Assembly (NCBI GenBank): GCA_963803335.1
Contig: CAWDME010000022.1
Coordinates: 8,325 to 72,324 of the forward strand
Direction: 5' to 3'
Source: an uncultured Solirubrobacteraceae bacterium
Lineage (GTDB): Bacteria > Actinomycetota > Thermoleophilia > Solirubrobacterales > Solirubrobacteraceae
DNA: 64,000 bases
Part shown: positions 36,738 to 45,918 of the stretch, piece after piece
How the letters are laid out: each line of letters starts with the position of its first letter
How positions within the stretch are numbered: the stretch's first letter is position 1
Notes under the pieces: model-generated
Told to the model about the DNA's origin: nothing
Database searches by the model: none
The model's input: only the letters and a program-made list of their open reading frames with translations
Translations under genes and position numbers: made by a program

Positions 36738-37211
36738 CTAGCCCACGGGCAGCCGCCGGCCCGAGGTGACCTCCTCGTGCTCGAGCAGCCACTTCTTCCG
36801 CTCGAGCCCTCCCCCGTAGCCGACCAGTGATCCGTCGGCTCCGATCACCCGGTGGCAGGGGATGATGATCGAGATCGGGTTGCGCCCGTTCGCCAGCCCG
36901 ACCGCCCGCACGAGCTTGGGATCGCCCAGGCGCCGGGCGAGCTCCGAGTAGCTGATCGTCTCGCCGTACGGGATCTGCAGCAGCTGGTCCCAGACGCGCT
37001 TCTGAAAGTCCGTGCCGTGCACCGCCAGCTCGAGCGCGAAGTCCTCGCGCTCGCCGGCGAAGTATGCGTCGAGCTGCGCAGTGATCTCCGGGAACGGCCA
37101 CTCCGTCGGCGTGGCGCCGTCGTGGCGCGTGTAGAGCTCGGTCAGGCGACCGTCGGCGTCGGCGCGCAGCAGCAGATCGCCGACCGGGCTGGGATGGAGC
37201 GTCGTGTACAT
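36738..37211 (-). CDS. ogt: Methylated-DNA--protein-cysteine methyltransferase
   Basis: ATG 37211 (MYTTLHPSPVGDLLL). Active site IIIPCHRVIGADGSLVGYGGGLERKKWLLEHE. Confidence 0.9.
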   Translation of the reverse strand: MYTTLHPSPVGDLLLRADADGRLTELYTRHDGATPTEWPFPEITAQLDAYFAGEREDFALELAVHGTDFQKRVWDQLLQIPYGETISYSELARRLGDPKLVRAVGLANGRNPISIIIPCHRVIGADGSLVGYGGGLERKKWLLEHEEVTSGRRLPVG

Positions 37212-37303
37212 GCCTCTACAACGTCTCGCACGGCCCGGACGTGAGCCACCAAGGGAACGGCGCCGCGCCCGGGCGGCGCTCGGCACCGCTGACGTGTAGG
37301 CGC

Positions 37304-37337
37304 GAGCGAACGACCCGGCTTTCGCCGGGCCGTTCGC
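37304..37337 (-). terminator. Hairpin downstream of the GH3 gene
   Basis: AGCGAACGACCCGG-CTTTCG-CCGGGCCGTTCGCT, a 14-bp stem with one mismatch, 46 nt past the GH3 stop on the minus strand. Confidence 0.5.
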
Positions 37338-37382
37338 TGCTCTGCGATCGGGAGAAGAGGCCCCGAGCGGGCTGGGCGATCG

Positions 37383-40082
37383 CTAGAGGTAGGCCGAGGT
37401 GTGCCCTCGGATGTCGCGGGATGAGGAGCCGACGTAGACGTCGCGCCGGCCGGTGCCACGCACCCACGTCTGCTTGGCCGTCGACCAGTACGACAGCTCG
37501 CGCGCGTCGACGTGCAGCGTGAGGTGACGCGCCTGCCCGGGGCAGAGCGTGACACGGTCGAACTGCACGAGCTTGCGCACGGCCTGCTGGACCCCGGCCG
37601 GAGCGTTGGGCGACGGACCGACATAGACCTGCGGCACCTCGTCGCCGGTGCGGTGACCGACGTTGCGCACCGTGATCCCGACGTCCAGGCCGCCGTCGTG
37701 CGTTCCGTGGACGTTGAGGTCCGAGTAGCGGAAGCGCGTGTAGGAGAGCCCGTCGCCGAAGGCGAACAGCGGCTCGATGCGCTGCTGGTCATACCAGCGG
37801 TAGCCCATGAACAGGCCCTCCGACCACGTGATAGTGCCGATCGTCTTCGGGTCGCGCTCGGGATGGCCGGCGAACGGCGTGTCCTGAGCGCTCTTCGGGA
37901 ACGTGATCGGCAGCCGGCCGCCGACCGCCGCGCGGCCGAGCAGGACGTTCGCCGTCGCGGCCCCGCCCTCCTGGCCGGGGTACCACATTTCCACCACGGA
38001 CTTGACCTTGTTCAGCCACGGCATCGCGACCGGGTTGCCCGTGTTGAGCACCACCACCGTATTGCGGTTCACGGCGGCGACAGCATCGACGAGCTGGTCC
38101 TGGTAGGCGCCGAGCGGATGCAGGTCGCCGGTCGTGTTCGCGTCGTCGACGAAGACGATCGCGGTCTTGGCATGGGCCGCGGCCGCAACCGCCTGGTCGA
38201 TCGACGCCTGCAGCGGCGACCACGTGAACCTCAGGTTCACCGGCGGGAGCGCGTTGGCGGCGACCGCGAATGTGATCTTCACGTCGTGCGTTCCCTTGCT
38301 GAGCGGGACGTAGCTGCCGCTGTTCGCCAGGCCTTCGTACTGGCCGTCGGGCAGCGTCGGGCCACCGGGGTAGGTGTTCGGCAGGATCGTGGACGGGGTC
38401 GTCAGCGCCTGGTTGGCCCCGTCGACCGCCAGCGACACCGGGCCGCTCGCGCTCCCGCCACGGCCGCCGGTCGGGTCGGCCACGCCGTTCGCGATCCCTC
38501 CGGGCGTGCGCTGGAGCCAGAGCGCGTACGTGTCGTCGCGCGGCACCTGCAGCCTGCCCGTCCAGGTGTACGTCACGCCCGGCGTGAGCTGCTTGGCGCC
38601 GGTGTAGTCGATCGTTGGGTCGACCTGGGTCGCGCTCGAGTCCGACTGCGTGCGCGTCAGCCCGCCGGGGAGCGCCGATGCCGGCACGACGGTACCGACG
38701 CGGTCGACGCCCGGCGCGAACGAGATGTGCGAGTGCCGCGACGCGCTGCGCAGGGCGTCGAGCGGGCTGATCTGGTTGCGATCACCGAAGCCGCGCGAGC
38801 GCTCGCCCCCCGGGCTCGACGGCAGCAGATCGGCCGTCGGACCGACCACGGCGACGCCGCGATCGAGGTCACGATCGTCGAGCGGCAGCGTGTCGCCCTC
38901 GTTGCGCAGGACCACCGCGGCCTTCTCAGCGAGCCGTCGCGACTTGCGGATACCCGCGCCCTTGTCCAGCGTCGGGCGAGCCGGCAGCGAGCAGCCGGCC
39001 ACGGCGCCCTGCGCCGAGGCGCAGCGCAGCAGCCCGAACCGCTCCATCTGGTAGAGGATCCGCGCCACCGACTGGTTGAGCGCCTGCGCGTAGGCCGGGT
39101 CGAACGACGGCGAGGCCGGGTCGGCGACGTTCTTCAGCGTGGCCCCGAAGAAGTTCTGACCCGGGAACTCCGTGTCCAGGCCCTGCAGGATCGACAGGCT
39201 GTGCGTTCCGCCGTAGTCCGAAAGCACGAACCCGCGGAAGTCCCACTGATCACGCAGAATCGTGTTCAGGACGAAGGCGTTCTGGCACGCGAACGTCGAC
39301 GCCGACTGTGCAGTGCCGGTGATCAGGTAGTGCGCGTAGGAGCACATCACCGAGGTCGGCTTGCCCTCCTTAATCGCCTTCTCGAACGGCGCCAGATAGA
39401 GCTCGCGCGCGGTCTGATCGTCAACCACGCGCGAGGTCGCGCACGTCGTCGGGATCGGCGGGGCGAACCCGTTGCACACCTGCGAGCCGTCATCGTAGAT
39501 CGCGAAGTGCTTGAGCTCGTCCATCAGCCCGCGGCTCTGGACGCCCTCGACCTCCTGGGCGCCGAGCTCCCCGCTCAGGAACGGATCCTCGCCATACGTC
39601 GTCGGGTTCCGCGTCCAGTTCGGGGAGCGCGCGAGGTCGATCTGCGGCCCATAAATCATGTCCATGTCCAGGGCGCGACCCTCAGTCCCCTCGCCCCGAC
39701 CGAGCGCGGCGGCCGCGCCGCGGTCGAACGTGGCGCCTATGCCCAGACGCGTCGGCCACGCCGTCGCGTCCTTGAAGACGTTGATGCCGAGCGCATCGAC
39801 GTCGCGCCGGGGCGGAATGCCGAGGCGGTCGACGCTCGACGTGTATCCCGCCTGGCCCTTCGGAGCAGGATCGGTGCCGCCGTGGACGAGCGAGATCTTC
39901 TCGTCGATGGTGAGCGCGTTGACCAGCGAGGTCACCTTCGGCGTCCACGGGGCGGCCGTGCTCACGGGCGGCGACGAAGAGGTCTCGTGAGCCTGCGCCC
40001 GTGCGACCGTGAGTCCGAGCGCGACGATCGCAAAGCCGGCAAGAGCTAGCCACCGCACGCGCGGCAAGACCTTCCCCCTCAT
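37383..40082 (-). CDS. Secreted glycoside hydrolase family 3 (beta-glucosidase/xylosidase type) with PA14-like insertion
   Basis: Signal peptide MRGKVLPRVRWLALAGFAIVALGLTVARAQA. GH3 blocks LVHGGTD, GINVFKDATAWP, RGFVLSDYGGTH (nucleophile Asp region). PA14-like segment YTWTGRLQVPRDDTYALWLQ. C-terminal FnIII-like GLSYTRFRYSDL. A strong GGAGGAGGAG lies before the ATG. Confidence 0.92.
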   Translation of the reverse strand: MRGKVLPRVRWLALAGFAIVALGLTVARAQAHETSSSPPVSTAAPWTPKVTSLVNALTIDEKISLVHGGTDPAPKGQAGYTSSVDRLGIPPRRDVDALGINVFKDATAWPTRLGIGATFDRGAAAALGRGEGTEGRALDMDMIYGPQIDLARSPNWTRNPTTYGEDPFLSGELGAQEVEGVQSRGLMDELKHFAIYDDGSQVCNGFAPPIPTTCATSRVVDDQTARELYLAPFEKAIKEGKPTSVMCSYAHYLITGTAQSASTFACQNAFVLNTILRDQWDFRGFVLSDYGGTHSLSILQGLDTEFPGQNFFGATLKNVADPASPSFDPAYAQALNQSVARILYQMERFGLLRCASAQGAVAGCSLPARPTLDKGAGIRKSRRLAEKAAVVLRNEGDTLPLDDRDLDRGVAVVGPTADLLPSSPGGERSRGFGDRNQISPLDALRSASRHSHISFAPGVDRVGTVVPASALPGGLTRTQSDSSATQVDPTIDYTGAKQLTPGVTYTWTGRLQVPRDDTYALWLQRTPGGIANGVADPTGGRGGSASGPVSLAVDGANQALTTPSTILPNTYPGGPTLPDGQYEGLANSGSYVPLSKGTHDVKITFAVAANALPPVNLRFTWSPLQASIDQAVAAAAHAKTAIVFVDDANTTGDLHPLGAYQDQLVDAVAAVNRNTVVVLNTGNPVAMPWLNKVKSVVEMWYPGQEGGAATANVLLGRAAVGGRLPITFPKSAQDTPFAGHPERDPKTIGTITWSEGLFMGYRWYDQQRIEPLFAFGDGLSYTRFRYSDLNVHGTHDGGLDVGITVRNVGHRTGDEVPQVYVGPSPNAPAGVQQAVRKLVQFDRVTLCPGQARHLTLHVDARELSYWSTAKQTWVRGTGRRDVYVGSSSRDIRGHTSAYL

Positions 40083-40173
40083 GTTCTCCTCCTCCTAGAC
40101 CGCAGGAACGCGGACGGTCTCAGGCGCCGAGAATCTTGTCAAGGTTTCGACGGAATTTAAACCGACAGCGCGG

Positions 40174-41349
40174 TCATGTGACCGTGAGGTTGGCGAAATG
40201 TTCTCGCACCGCCTCCGAGCGGATGACGACCGCGGCGGCTCCCAATGCACCGCCGACGGGACCTAGCGCCGCCGGTCGCACCGGCACGGTCGCGGACGCA
40301 GGAAGCGCGCGGTCCGCGATGCCGGCGCGGACGCCGTCGATCAGCGGTGAGCCGGGAGCGGCGAGCTCCCCACCGATGATGTACGCCTCGGGATCGATGC
40401 AGTTCCCCACGGCGGCCAGCACGGCGCCGAGCTCTCGCCCGGCGTCGGTCAGCAGCCTATGGGCGCCGGGGTCCCCGCCCATAGCCAGGTCACGGACAGC
40501 CGCCAGGTCCATGGGCTCTCCGTGCAGCGCTCCCAGCGCGTCCGCGAGCACATGGCCCGACGCGATCTGGCCGAGACATCCGCGCCGCCCGCAGCGACAG
40601 AGCGGCCCGTCGGAGCGCACCTGGACGTGCGCGAACTCGCCGGCGTAGCCGCGCCGGCCGCGGCGCACGCGGCCGTCGACGATGACCGCGCCGCCGATAC
40701 CCCAGGATGCCTTGGCGTAGACGACGTGGCGCAGCCCCTGCGCCGCCCCGATCGCCAGCTCGGCGAGCGCTTCGAGGTTCGCATCGTTCTCGAGGACGAC
40801 CGGCACTCGGAGGCGTTGCGTCAGCTCGTCCTGGACCGGTTGCCCGGCCCAGGAGTGGAGGATCGCTGCGTCCACCTCGCCCGTCTCCGGCGCGATCGGG
40901 CTGGGCAGGCCGACGCCGACACCAACGAGGTCGTCGTGGGGGTGCCCGCTTTCGGCGAGTGCTTCGTCGGCGAGCCGGCCGATGAGGCCGATCACGTCGC
41001 CGGCCGGCGTGTCGAGGAGGAACGCGGCGTGGTTCTGCGCGAGGACGGTGAGGGAAAGGTCCACGAGCGCGACGCGCACGTCCTCGCGGCCGACGAACAC
41101 GCCGAGGGCCACGCCGGCGGATGGATGCAGCCGGATCAGCGCCGGGGGTCGTCCGCGGTCGCCCGTCGGCTCTGCGCTGCGCTCGACGATGAAGCCTTGC
41201 TTGTCGAGCACGTCCACGATCGAGATCACCGTGCTGCGCGAGAGTCCCGTCACACGCGCCAGGTCGGTCCGGCTCACGCCGCTGCGGTGGCGCAGCGCAT
41301 CCAGCACGGTCGCGACGTTCTGCAAGCGGAGCGTTTCGGGCGTGCTCAT
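40174..41349 (-). CDS. ROK family transcriptional regulator (NagC/XylR type)
   Basis: wHTH RSGVSRTDLARVTGLSRSTVISIVDVLDKQGFI. ROK core GVGLPSPI..NDANLEALAE..GIGGAVIVDG. Zinc motif GEFAHVQVRSDGPLCRCGRRGCLG. The ATG 41349 forms an ATGA overlap with the upstream ROK stop. Confidence 0.87.
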   Translation of the reverse strand: MSTPETLRLQNVATVLDALRHRSGVSRTDLARVTGLSRSTVISIVDVLDKQGFIVERSAEPTGDRGRPPALIRLHPSAGVALGVFVGREDVRVALVDLSLTVLAQNHAAFLLDTPAGDVIGLIGRLADEALAESGHPHDDLVGVGVGLPSPIAPETGEVDAAILHSWAGQPVQDELTQRLRVPVVLENDANLEALAELAIGAAQGLRHVVYAKASWGIGGAVIVDGRVRRGRRGYAGEFAHVQVRSDGPLCRCGRRGCLGQIASGHVLADALGALHGEPMDLAAVRDLAMGGDPGAHRLLTDAGRELGAVLAAVGNCIDPEAYIIGGELAAPGSPLIDGVRAGIADRALPASATVPVRPAALGPVGGALGAAAVVIRSEAVREHFANLTVT

Positions 41350-42554
41350 GACGCCACCGCCAGGCCGGCGGCCCCGTCGAGCGAGACGAGGCCGGCGTCG
41401 GTGAGCCACGTCCGTTCGCTCAGCGCGACCGCGAGCGCGCCGAGCAGCTCGGCCCGCTCGCCAAGCGTCGCGGCCTCGACGGGAATGCGGCCGCCCTGAC
41501 TGAGCGCCGAGCGACGCAGCTCGGCGGCGACGGCCTTGCGCAGCACCGCTGAGCCTGCCCCGAGCTCACCGCCGATGACGACGACGGCCGGATCGATCGC
41601 GTTGCAGAGAAGGGACAGCGCGCGGCCGAGATGGCGACCCGCCGACTGAAGCACGGTCGTGGCTTGAGAATCGCCTTCCGCCGAGAGCCGCAGTACATCG
41701 GCGGTGGTGAGATCCGATCCGTGCGTGGGTTGCAGGGCGCGCGTGAGGGCCGTGGCCGCCGCGACCGTCTCGAGGCAGCCGCGGTTGCCGCAGCGGCATA
41801 CAAGGCCGTCGTCGACCACCCGGATGTGGCCGAGCTCACCGGCAAGGCCGGCAGCGCCGGTGTGGAGTGCGCCCTCCAGGACGAGGCCTGCGCCGATGCC
41901 CGACGCGACCTTGACGTAGACCAGATCCGAGACGGTCTGGCTCGCCCCGTACGTGAACGCGCTCAGCGCGCCGAGATTCGCGTCGTTCTCCAGCCGCACG
42001 GGGAGGCCGAGCCGCTGCGAGATCGCTTCGCCGGGCCGCACCCCGGTCCACGCGGGCAAGATGCTCGAGGCGCCGACCGTCCCGCTCGCGCGGTCAATCG
42101 GCGCCGGCAGCCCCATACCTACGCCGAGCACGCGGCCCTCGCTCACGTTTGCCTCCGCGAGAAGCCGCGTCACCAGGGTCGCCGCGGCATCGAGGGCTGC
42201 CCCCGGATCGGCATCGACGTCCAGGTCGATCGCATCCTCGGCCACGACGCGCGCTGTGAGGTCGGCCACTGCGACGCGGAGATGGCGGTGACCGAAGTCC
42301 GCTCCGACCACCGCGCCGGCGAGCGGGTTCAGCCGCAGACGGCCGATCCGGCGGCCCCGGCGGTTCGCGACCGGCCGCTCCGCCTCCTCCAGGATCGCCC
42401 CGTCCGCGAGGCACTCATTGACCAGGGCGGACACGGTGGTGCGCGACAATCCGGTCTGTCGGGCGAGTGCAGCTCGGTCGCCCGCCCCGGCGCGCCTCAG
42501 CTCTTCGAGCAGGCGCTGCCGGTTCAGTGTGCGCAGTTGCTGCAGGGATCCCAT
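41346..42554 (-). CDS. ROK family transcriptional regulator (second, tandem copy)
   Basis: wHTH GDRAALARQTGLSRTTVSALVNECLADGAI. GMGLPAPI..NDANLGALS..GIGAGLVLEG. Zinc motif GELGHIRVVDDGLVCRCGNRGCLE. Confidence 0.87.
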   Translation of the reverse strand: MGSLQQLRTLNRQRLLEELRRAGAGDRAALARQTGLSRTTVSALVNECLADGAILEEAERPVANRRGRRIGRLRLNPLAGAVVGADFGHRHLRVAVADLTARVVAEDAIDLDVDADPGAALDAAATLVTRLLAEANVSEGRVLGVGMGLPAPIDRASGTVGASSILPAWTGVRPGEAISQRLGLPVRLENDANLGALSAFTYGASQTVSDLVYVKVASGIGAGLVLEGALHTGAAGLAGELGHIRVVDDGLVCRCGNRGCLETVAAATALTRALQPTHGSDLTTADVLRLSAEGDSQATTVLQSAGRHLGRALSLLCNAIDPAVVVIGGELGAGSAVLRKAVAAELRRSALSQGGRIPVEAATLGERAELLGALAVALSERTWLTDAGLVSLDGAAGLAVAS

Positions 42555-42702
42555 GCGATCGTCGCCCTCCGCCTCCGGTGGGCGAGGCGCACCAAATCGT
42601 AGTTACGGCTTGCGCTCATCTCCTCGATCACGCCGGCGAGCGCCCGGCAGTGGCTGTTCCCGCTCGTCGTCACGTGGAGGTGCTCCGCAGGACGCGCGCG
42701 GA

Positions 42703-43935
42703 TCAGCCGTAGGGGTACCACCAGTCCTTGATCTCGAGCTTGGTTTCGATGTGGACGTGCTTGGTCTCCTGGAAGGCGTCGAGGCCCTCCTGACCGAGCT
42801 CGCGGCCGAGGCCGGAGCGCTTCATGCCGCCGAACGGGCCCGCGTCGTTGTCGGTCAGCGGGTCGTTGATCCACACCGTGCCGGCGCGGAGCTCGCGCGC
42901 GCAGCGGATCGCCGTCTCGAGGTCGCGCGTGTAGACGTTGGCGCCGAGGCCGTACGGCGTGCCGTTGGCCAGCGCGATCGCCTCGTCGGTCGCCGGGTCC
43001 ATCGGGTCGCCGATCTGCAGCGTCTTCGTGTGGTCGACGAACGCGTTCAGGAAGTCGTCGTAGACCTCGCGCTGCACATAGAAGCGCTCGGCGCTCGTGC
43101 ATACCTGGCCGGCGTTGAGGAAGGCGGCCCAGGCGCCGCCGCGGGCGGCGATCTCGATCTCCGCGGCCACGTCGGCGCAGACGATGAACGGGTCCTTGCC
43201 GCCCATCTCGAGGTTCACGCGTGCCGTGCGCGTGGCCGCCCGCTCGGCGATCCGCGTGCCGGTGGCGACGCTGCCCGTGAAGGCGATGCAGTCAACGCGC
43301 TCGTCCTCGACCAGCCGCGCGCCGACCTCGCCGCCGCCCGCGAGCAGCGCGACCAGCCCGGCCGGCAGGTGGTCCAGGCACGGCGCCAGCGCGAGCGTCG
43401 ACAGCGGCGTCAGCTCGGACGGCTTGCAGACCGCCGCGTTGCCCGTGGCGAGCACCGGTGCGAGCTTCCAGGCGAGCAGGAGCAACGGGTAGTTCCACGG
43501 CACGATGCAGGCGACGACGCCGAGCGGCTCCTTGAGCACCAGCGCCAGCTGGGAGGCTTCGACCGGCGGGATCACGCGGCCGGCCGAGGTGCGCGCCAGC
43601 TCGGCGTAGAAGTCGAACGCGCTCGCGGTCCAGCCGACCTCGTCGCGGTTCTCGATCAGCGGCTTGCCGCCCTCGCGCGTCATCAGCTCGGCCAGCTCGT
43701 CGGTCCGCGCGCGCATCCGCGCCGCGACCTCGTGCAGCGCCTCGGCGCGCTCGGCCGCGGGCGTTGCCGCCCACTCGCGCTGGGCGGCGCGCGCGGCCGC
43801 GATCGCCGCGTCGAGCTGCTCGGCGTCGGGCGTGCCGACGGTCGCCAGCAGCTCCTCGCGTGCCGGGTCTTCCACCTCCAGAGCGGCGCCGGCGCCCTCC
43901 ACCAGCTCCCCGCCGATCAGCAGTCGCGTCTCCAT
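42703..43935 (-). CDS. Aldehyde dehydrogenase family protein, ~70 residues shorter than canonical (internal in-frame gap)
   Basis: PWNYPLLLLAWKLAPVLATGNAAVCKPSELTP, FTGSVATG, general-base LEMGGKDP, catalytic Cys FLNAGQVCTSAERF. After GDPMDPATD the sequence jumps directly to EAIALANGTPYGLGANVYT. The expected PTV..EE-x-FGPV block is absent. 410 aa. Confidence 0.85.
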   Translation of the reverse strand: METRLLIGGELVEGAGAALEVEDPAREELLATVGTPDAEQLDAAIAAARAAQREWAATPAAERAEALHEVAARMRARTDELAELMTREGGKPLIENRDEVGWTASAFDFYAELARTSAGRVIPPVEASQLALVLKEPLGVVACIVPWNYPLLLLAWKLAPVLATGNAAVCKPSELTPLSTLALAPCLDHLPAGLVALLAGGGEVGARLVEDERVDCIAFTGSVATGTRIAERAATRTARVNLEMGGKDPFIVCADVAAEIEIAARGGAWAAFLNAGQVCTSAERFYVQREVYDDFLNAFVDHTKTLQIGDPMDPATDEAIALANGTPYGLGANVYTRDLETAIRCARELRAGTVWINDPLTDNDAGPFGGMKRSGLGRELGQEGLDAFQETKHVHIETKLEIKDWWYPYG

Positions 43936-43948
43936 GCCGAGGATCCTG

Positions 43949-44605
43949 TCAGGCGGCGAGCGCGACGGTCAGCGCGCCCAGCGGGCTCAGTTCGGCGGTG
44001 ACCGTGTCCCCCGGTGCCACGCTCAGCGGTGGCAGCGCGGAGCCGGTGATCACCACGTCGCCGACGCGCAGCGCCTCGCCGCACGCGTCGAGCAGCTCGC
44101 CGGTCAGGCGGACCACCTCGACGAGGTCGCCGGTCAGCGCGGCCGGATCGTCGGTCTCGGCGACCGCCTCGCCGGCGCGGAGGAGCCGGGCACCGATTCC
44201 GGCGCCGTCGGCGCGCCCGGCGTCGACCGGCCCGAGCATGAAGTGGCGGTGGTAGATGTTGCCCGCCAGGATCGCCTCGGGGTCGGCGGGTGGGACGTCC
44301 ACGTCGGCCAGCTCGATCGCCGCCGACAGCCCCGCGATCGTGGCCCCCGCGCCGATGTGGGCGGCGATCTCGGGCTCGAGCATCGGGTTCTTCCAGTCGC
44401 CGACGGAGATCGTCGCGCCGTCCTCGATCAGGCCGCGGTCGGTGAGGAAGCCGACGAGCGGGCGATCGGTGGCGAGCAGCTCGAGCGCGGCCGGCGCGCC
44501 GAAGCCGACCTTCCAGCCGCGTGGCCGCTCGCCGGCGTCGAGCCGCGCGCGGCGCAGCGCGAGCATCGCCCGCGTGCCGCGCTCGATCCGCGGATCCAGG
44601 CTCAC
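43949..44605 (-). CDS. 2-keto-4-pentenoate hydratase / MhpD-HpcG-like hydratase-decarboxylase family
   Basis: The GTG 44605 start forms a GTGA overlap with the upstream stop. GWKVGFGAPAALELL..PLVGFLTD..NPMLEPEIAAHIG..DLVEVVRLTGELL..GDVVITGS follows the FAH-fold hydratase pattern. Confidence 0.7.
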   Translation of the reverse strand: MSLDPRIERGTRAMLALRRARLDAGERPRGWKVGFGAPAALELLATDRPLVGFLTDRGLIEDGATISVGDWKNPMLEPEIAAHIGAGATIAGLSAAIELADVDVPPADPEAILAGNIYHRHFMLGPVDAGRADGAGIGARLLRAGEAVAETDDPAALTGDLVEVVRLTGELLDACGEALRVGDVVITGSALPPLSVAPGDTVTAELSPLGALTVALAA

Positions 44606-45018
44606 CCCTCGAAGTCCTCGTCGGGACCCGGGATCGCGTAGCCGGCGGCGTCGAGCGAGCCCGCCCCGCTCCAGCCCCAGATCAGCAGCACGTCCTCGTC
44701 GGAGGTGTTGTCGAAGCCGTGCCAGTTGCCGCGCGGGGTGAAGATCACATCGCCCGCCCGCGACGGTTCGCGGCCGGTGTTGGTGTAGATCTCGCCGTGC
44801 CCGCTCATGACGACCAGGAACTCGTCGCAGTGCGGGTGCAGATGGCGCTCGTGGCGGGCCCCCGGCGGCAGCACCGTGCGGCCGACCACGAGCTGCTCGG
44901 AGCCGGCGGCGCGGGCGTCGATGAGGAACTGGACCTGCATGTCTACCCAGCCCTCGTCGCGGCGCAGATCCTGCTCGAGCGGGACGTCCTCGATGCGGGT
45001 CCGATAGGGCTCGGCCAT
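44602..45018 (-). CDS. Cupin domain protein
   Basis: 138 aa. HERHLHPHCDEFLVVMSGHGE..GDVIFTPRGNWHGF are the two cupin His motifs. Its ATG overlaps the upstream TGA by 1 nt. Confidence 0.78.
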   Translation of the reverse strand: MAEPYRTRIEDVPLEQDLRRDEGWVDMQVQFLIDARAAGSEQLVVGRTVLPPGARHERHLHPHCDEFLVVMSGHGEIYTNTGREPSRAGDVIFTPRGNWHGFDNTSDEDVLLIWGWSGAGSLDAAGYAIPGPDEDFEG

Positions 45019-45908
45019 CACGCCAGCCCCGCGCTGCGCCGGTACGCCTCGTGGACACTGACCAGGAAGTCGCGATCCGCCTTTGCGGTGCTGCGGCCGG
45101 CACTGAGCATGTCGCTCGCCGCCGAGCAGGTCGGGACGGTCGCGCCCAGGCGGCGCGCCAGGTCCTGCGCCAGCACGAGGTCCTTCTGCTGGAGGTCGAC
45201 ATCGGCGAACACGCGGTCGTCGTCGACCAGCAGCGGCGCGCGGTAGCCGAGCACCGGCGAGGCGATCACGCTCTTGAGCGCGGCGTCGACGACCGCCCCC
45301 GGGTCGACGCCCGCCTTCTCGACCAGCGCGACGCCCTCGGCGAACGCCGTCACCGAGACGACGAGCGCGAGGTTGATCGCGACCTTGGTGAGGATCGCGT
45401 GGCCGTTGGAGCCGATGTAGGTGACCTTCGGGCCGATCGCGCCGAGCACGGGTGCGACGTGGTCGAACGCCTCGCGGTCGCCGCCCACCATCACCGACAT
45501 CTGGCCGGCCGCGAGCGTCGCGGGGCTGCCGGACACGGGGCAGTCGAGGAAGAACGCGCCGCGCTCGCGGGCGCGCTCGGCGAGCGCGACGCTCGCATCG
45601 GGCGCGATCGTGCTGAGGTCCGCCCACACGGTCCCGGACCGCAGCCCGGCGAGGATGCCGTCGTCGCCGTCGGCCGTGGCGTCGAGCGCGCGCGTGTCGG
45701 TGAGCATCGTGAACAGCAGATCCGACGCGCCGGCCAGCTCGCGGGGTGTCCCGGCCCATCCCAGCCCCGCCTCGAGGAGCGGCTCCGCCTTCGCCGCCGT
45801 GCGGTTCCATACGGTCACGGCATAGCCCGCATCGGCGAGTCGCCGTGCGATGCCCGCGCCCATCGCGCCGAGTCCCGCGAAGCCGACGCGCCCGATCTCG
45901 TTGAACAT
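45018..45908 (-). CDS. NAD(P)-dependent beta-hydroxyacid dehydrogenase (3-hydroxyisobutyrate / 6-phosphogluconate DH NAD-binding family)
   Basis: VGFAGLGAMGAGIARRLADAGYAVTVWNR, DCPVSGSP, GHAILTKVAINL. 296 aa. Confidence 0.88.
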   Translation of the reverse strand: MFNEIGRVGFAGLGAMGAGIARRLADAGYAVTVWNRTAAKAEPLLEAGLGWAGTPRELAGASDLLFTMLTDTRALDATADGDDGILAGLRSGTVWADLSTIAPDASVALAERARERGAFFLDCPVSGSPATLAAGQMSVMVGGDREAFDHVAPVLGAIGPKVTYIGSNGHAILTKVAINLALVVSVTAFAEGVALVEKAGVDPGAVVDAALKSVIASPVLGYRAPLLVDDDRVFADVDLQQKDLVLAQDLARRLGATVPTCSAASDMLSAGRSTAKADRDFLVSVHEAYRRSAGLA

Positions 45909-45918
45909 CGGCCGGAAT

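Noticed and set aside
37512-40049. 845-aa plus-strand ORF.
   Set aside because: It is antisense to the GH3 gene, has no motifs and is dominated by Arg/Val/Asp/Gly repeats.
40083-40173. TTGACA box and short inverted repeats upstream of GH3, considered as a defined promoter or operator.
   Set aside because: No acceptable -10 (TANNNT) lies at 16-19 nt from the TTGACA and the repeats are only 5 bp. This is too weak to annotate as a feature and is mentioned only as an EMSA target.
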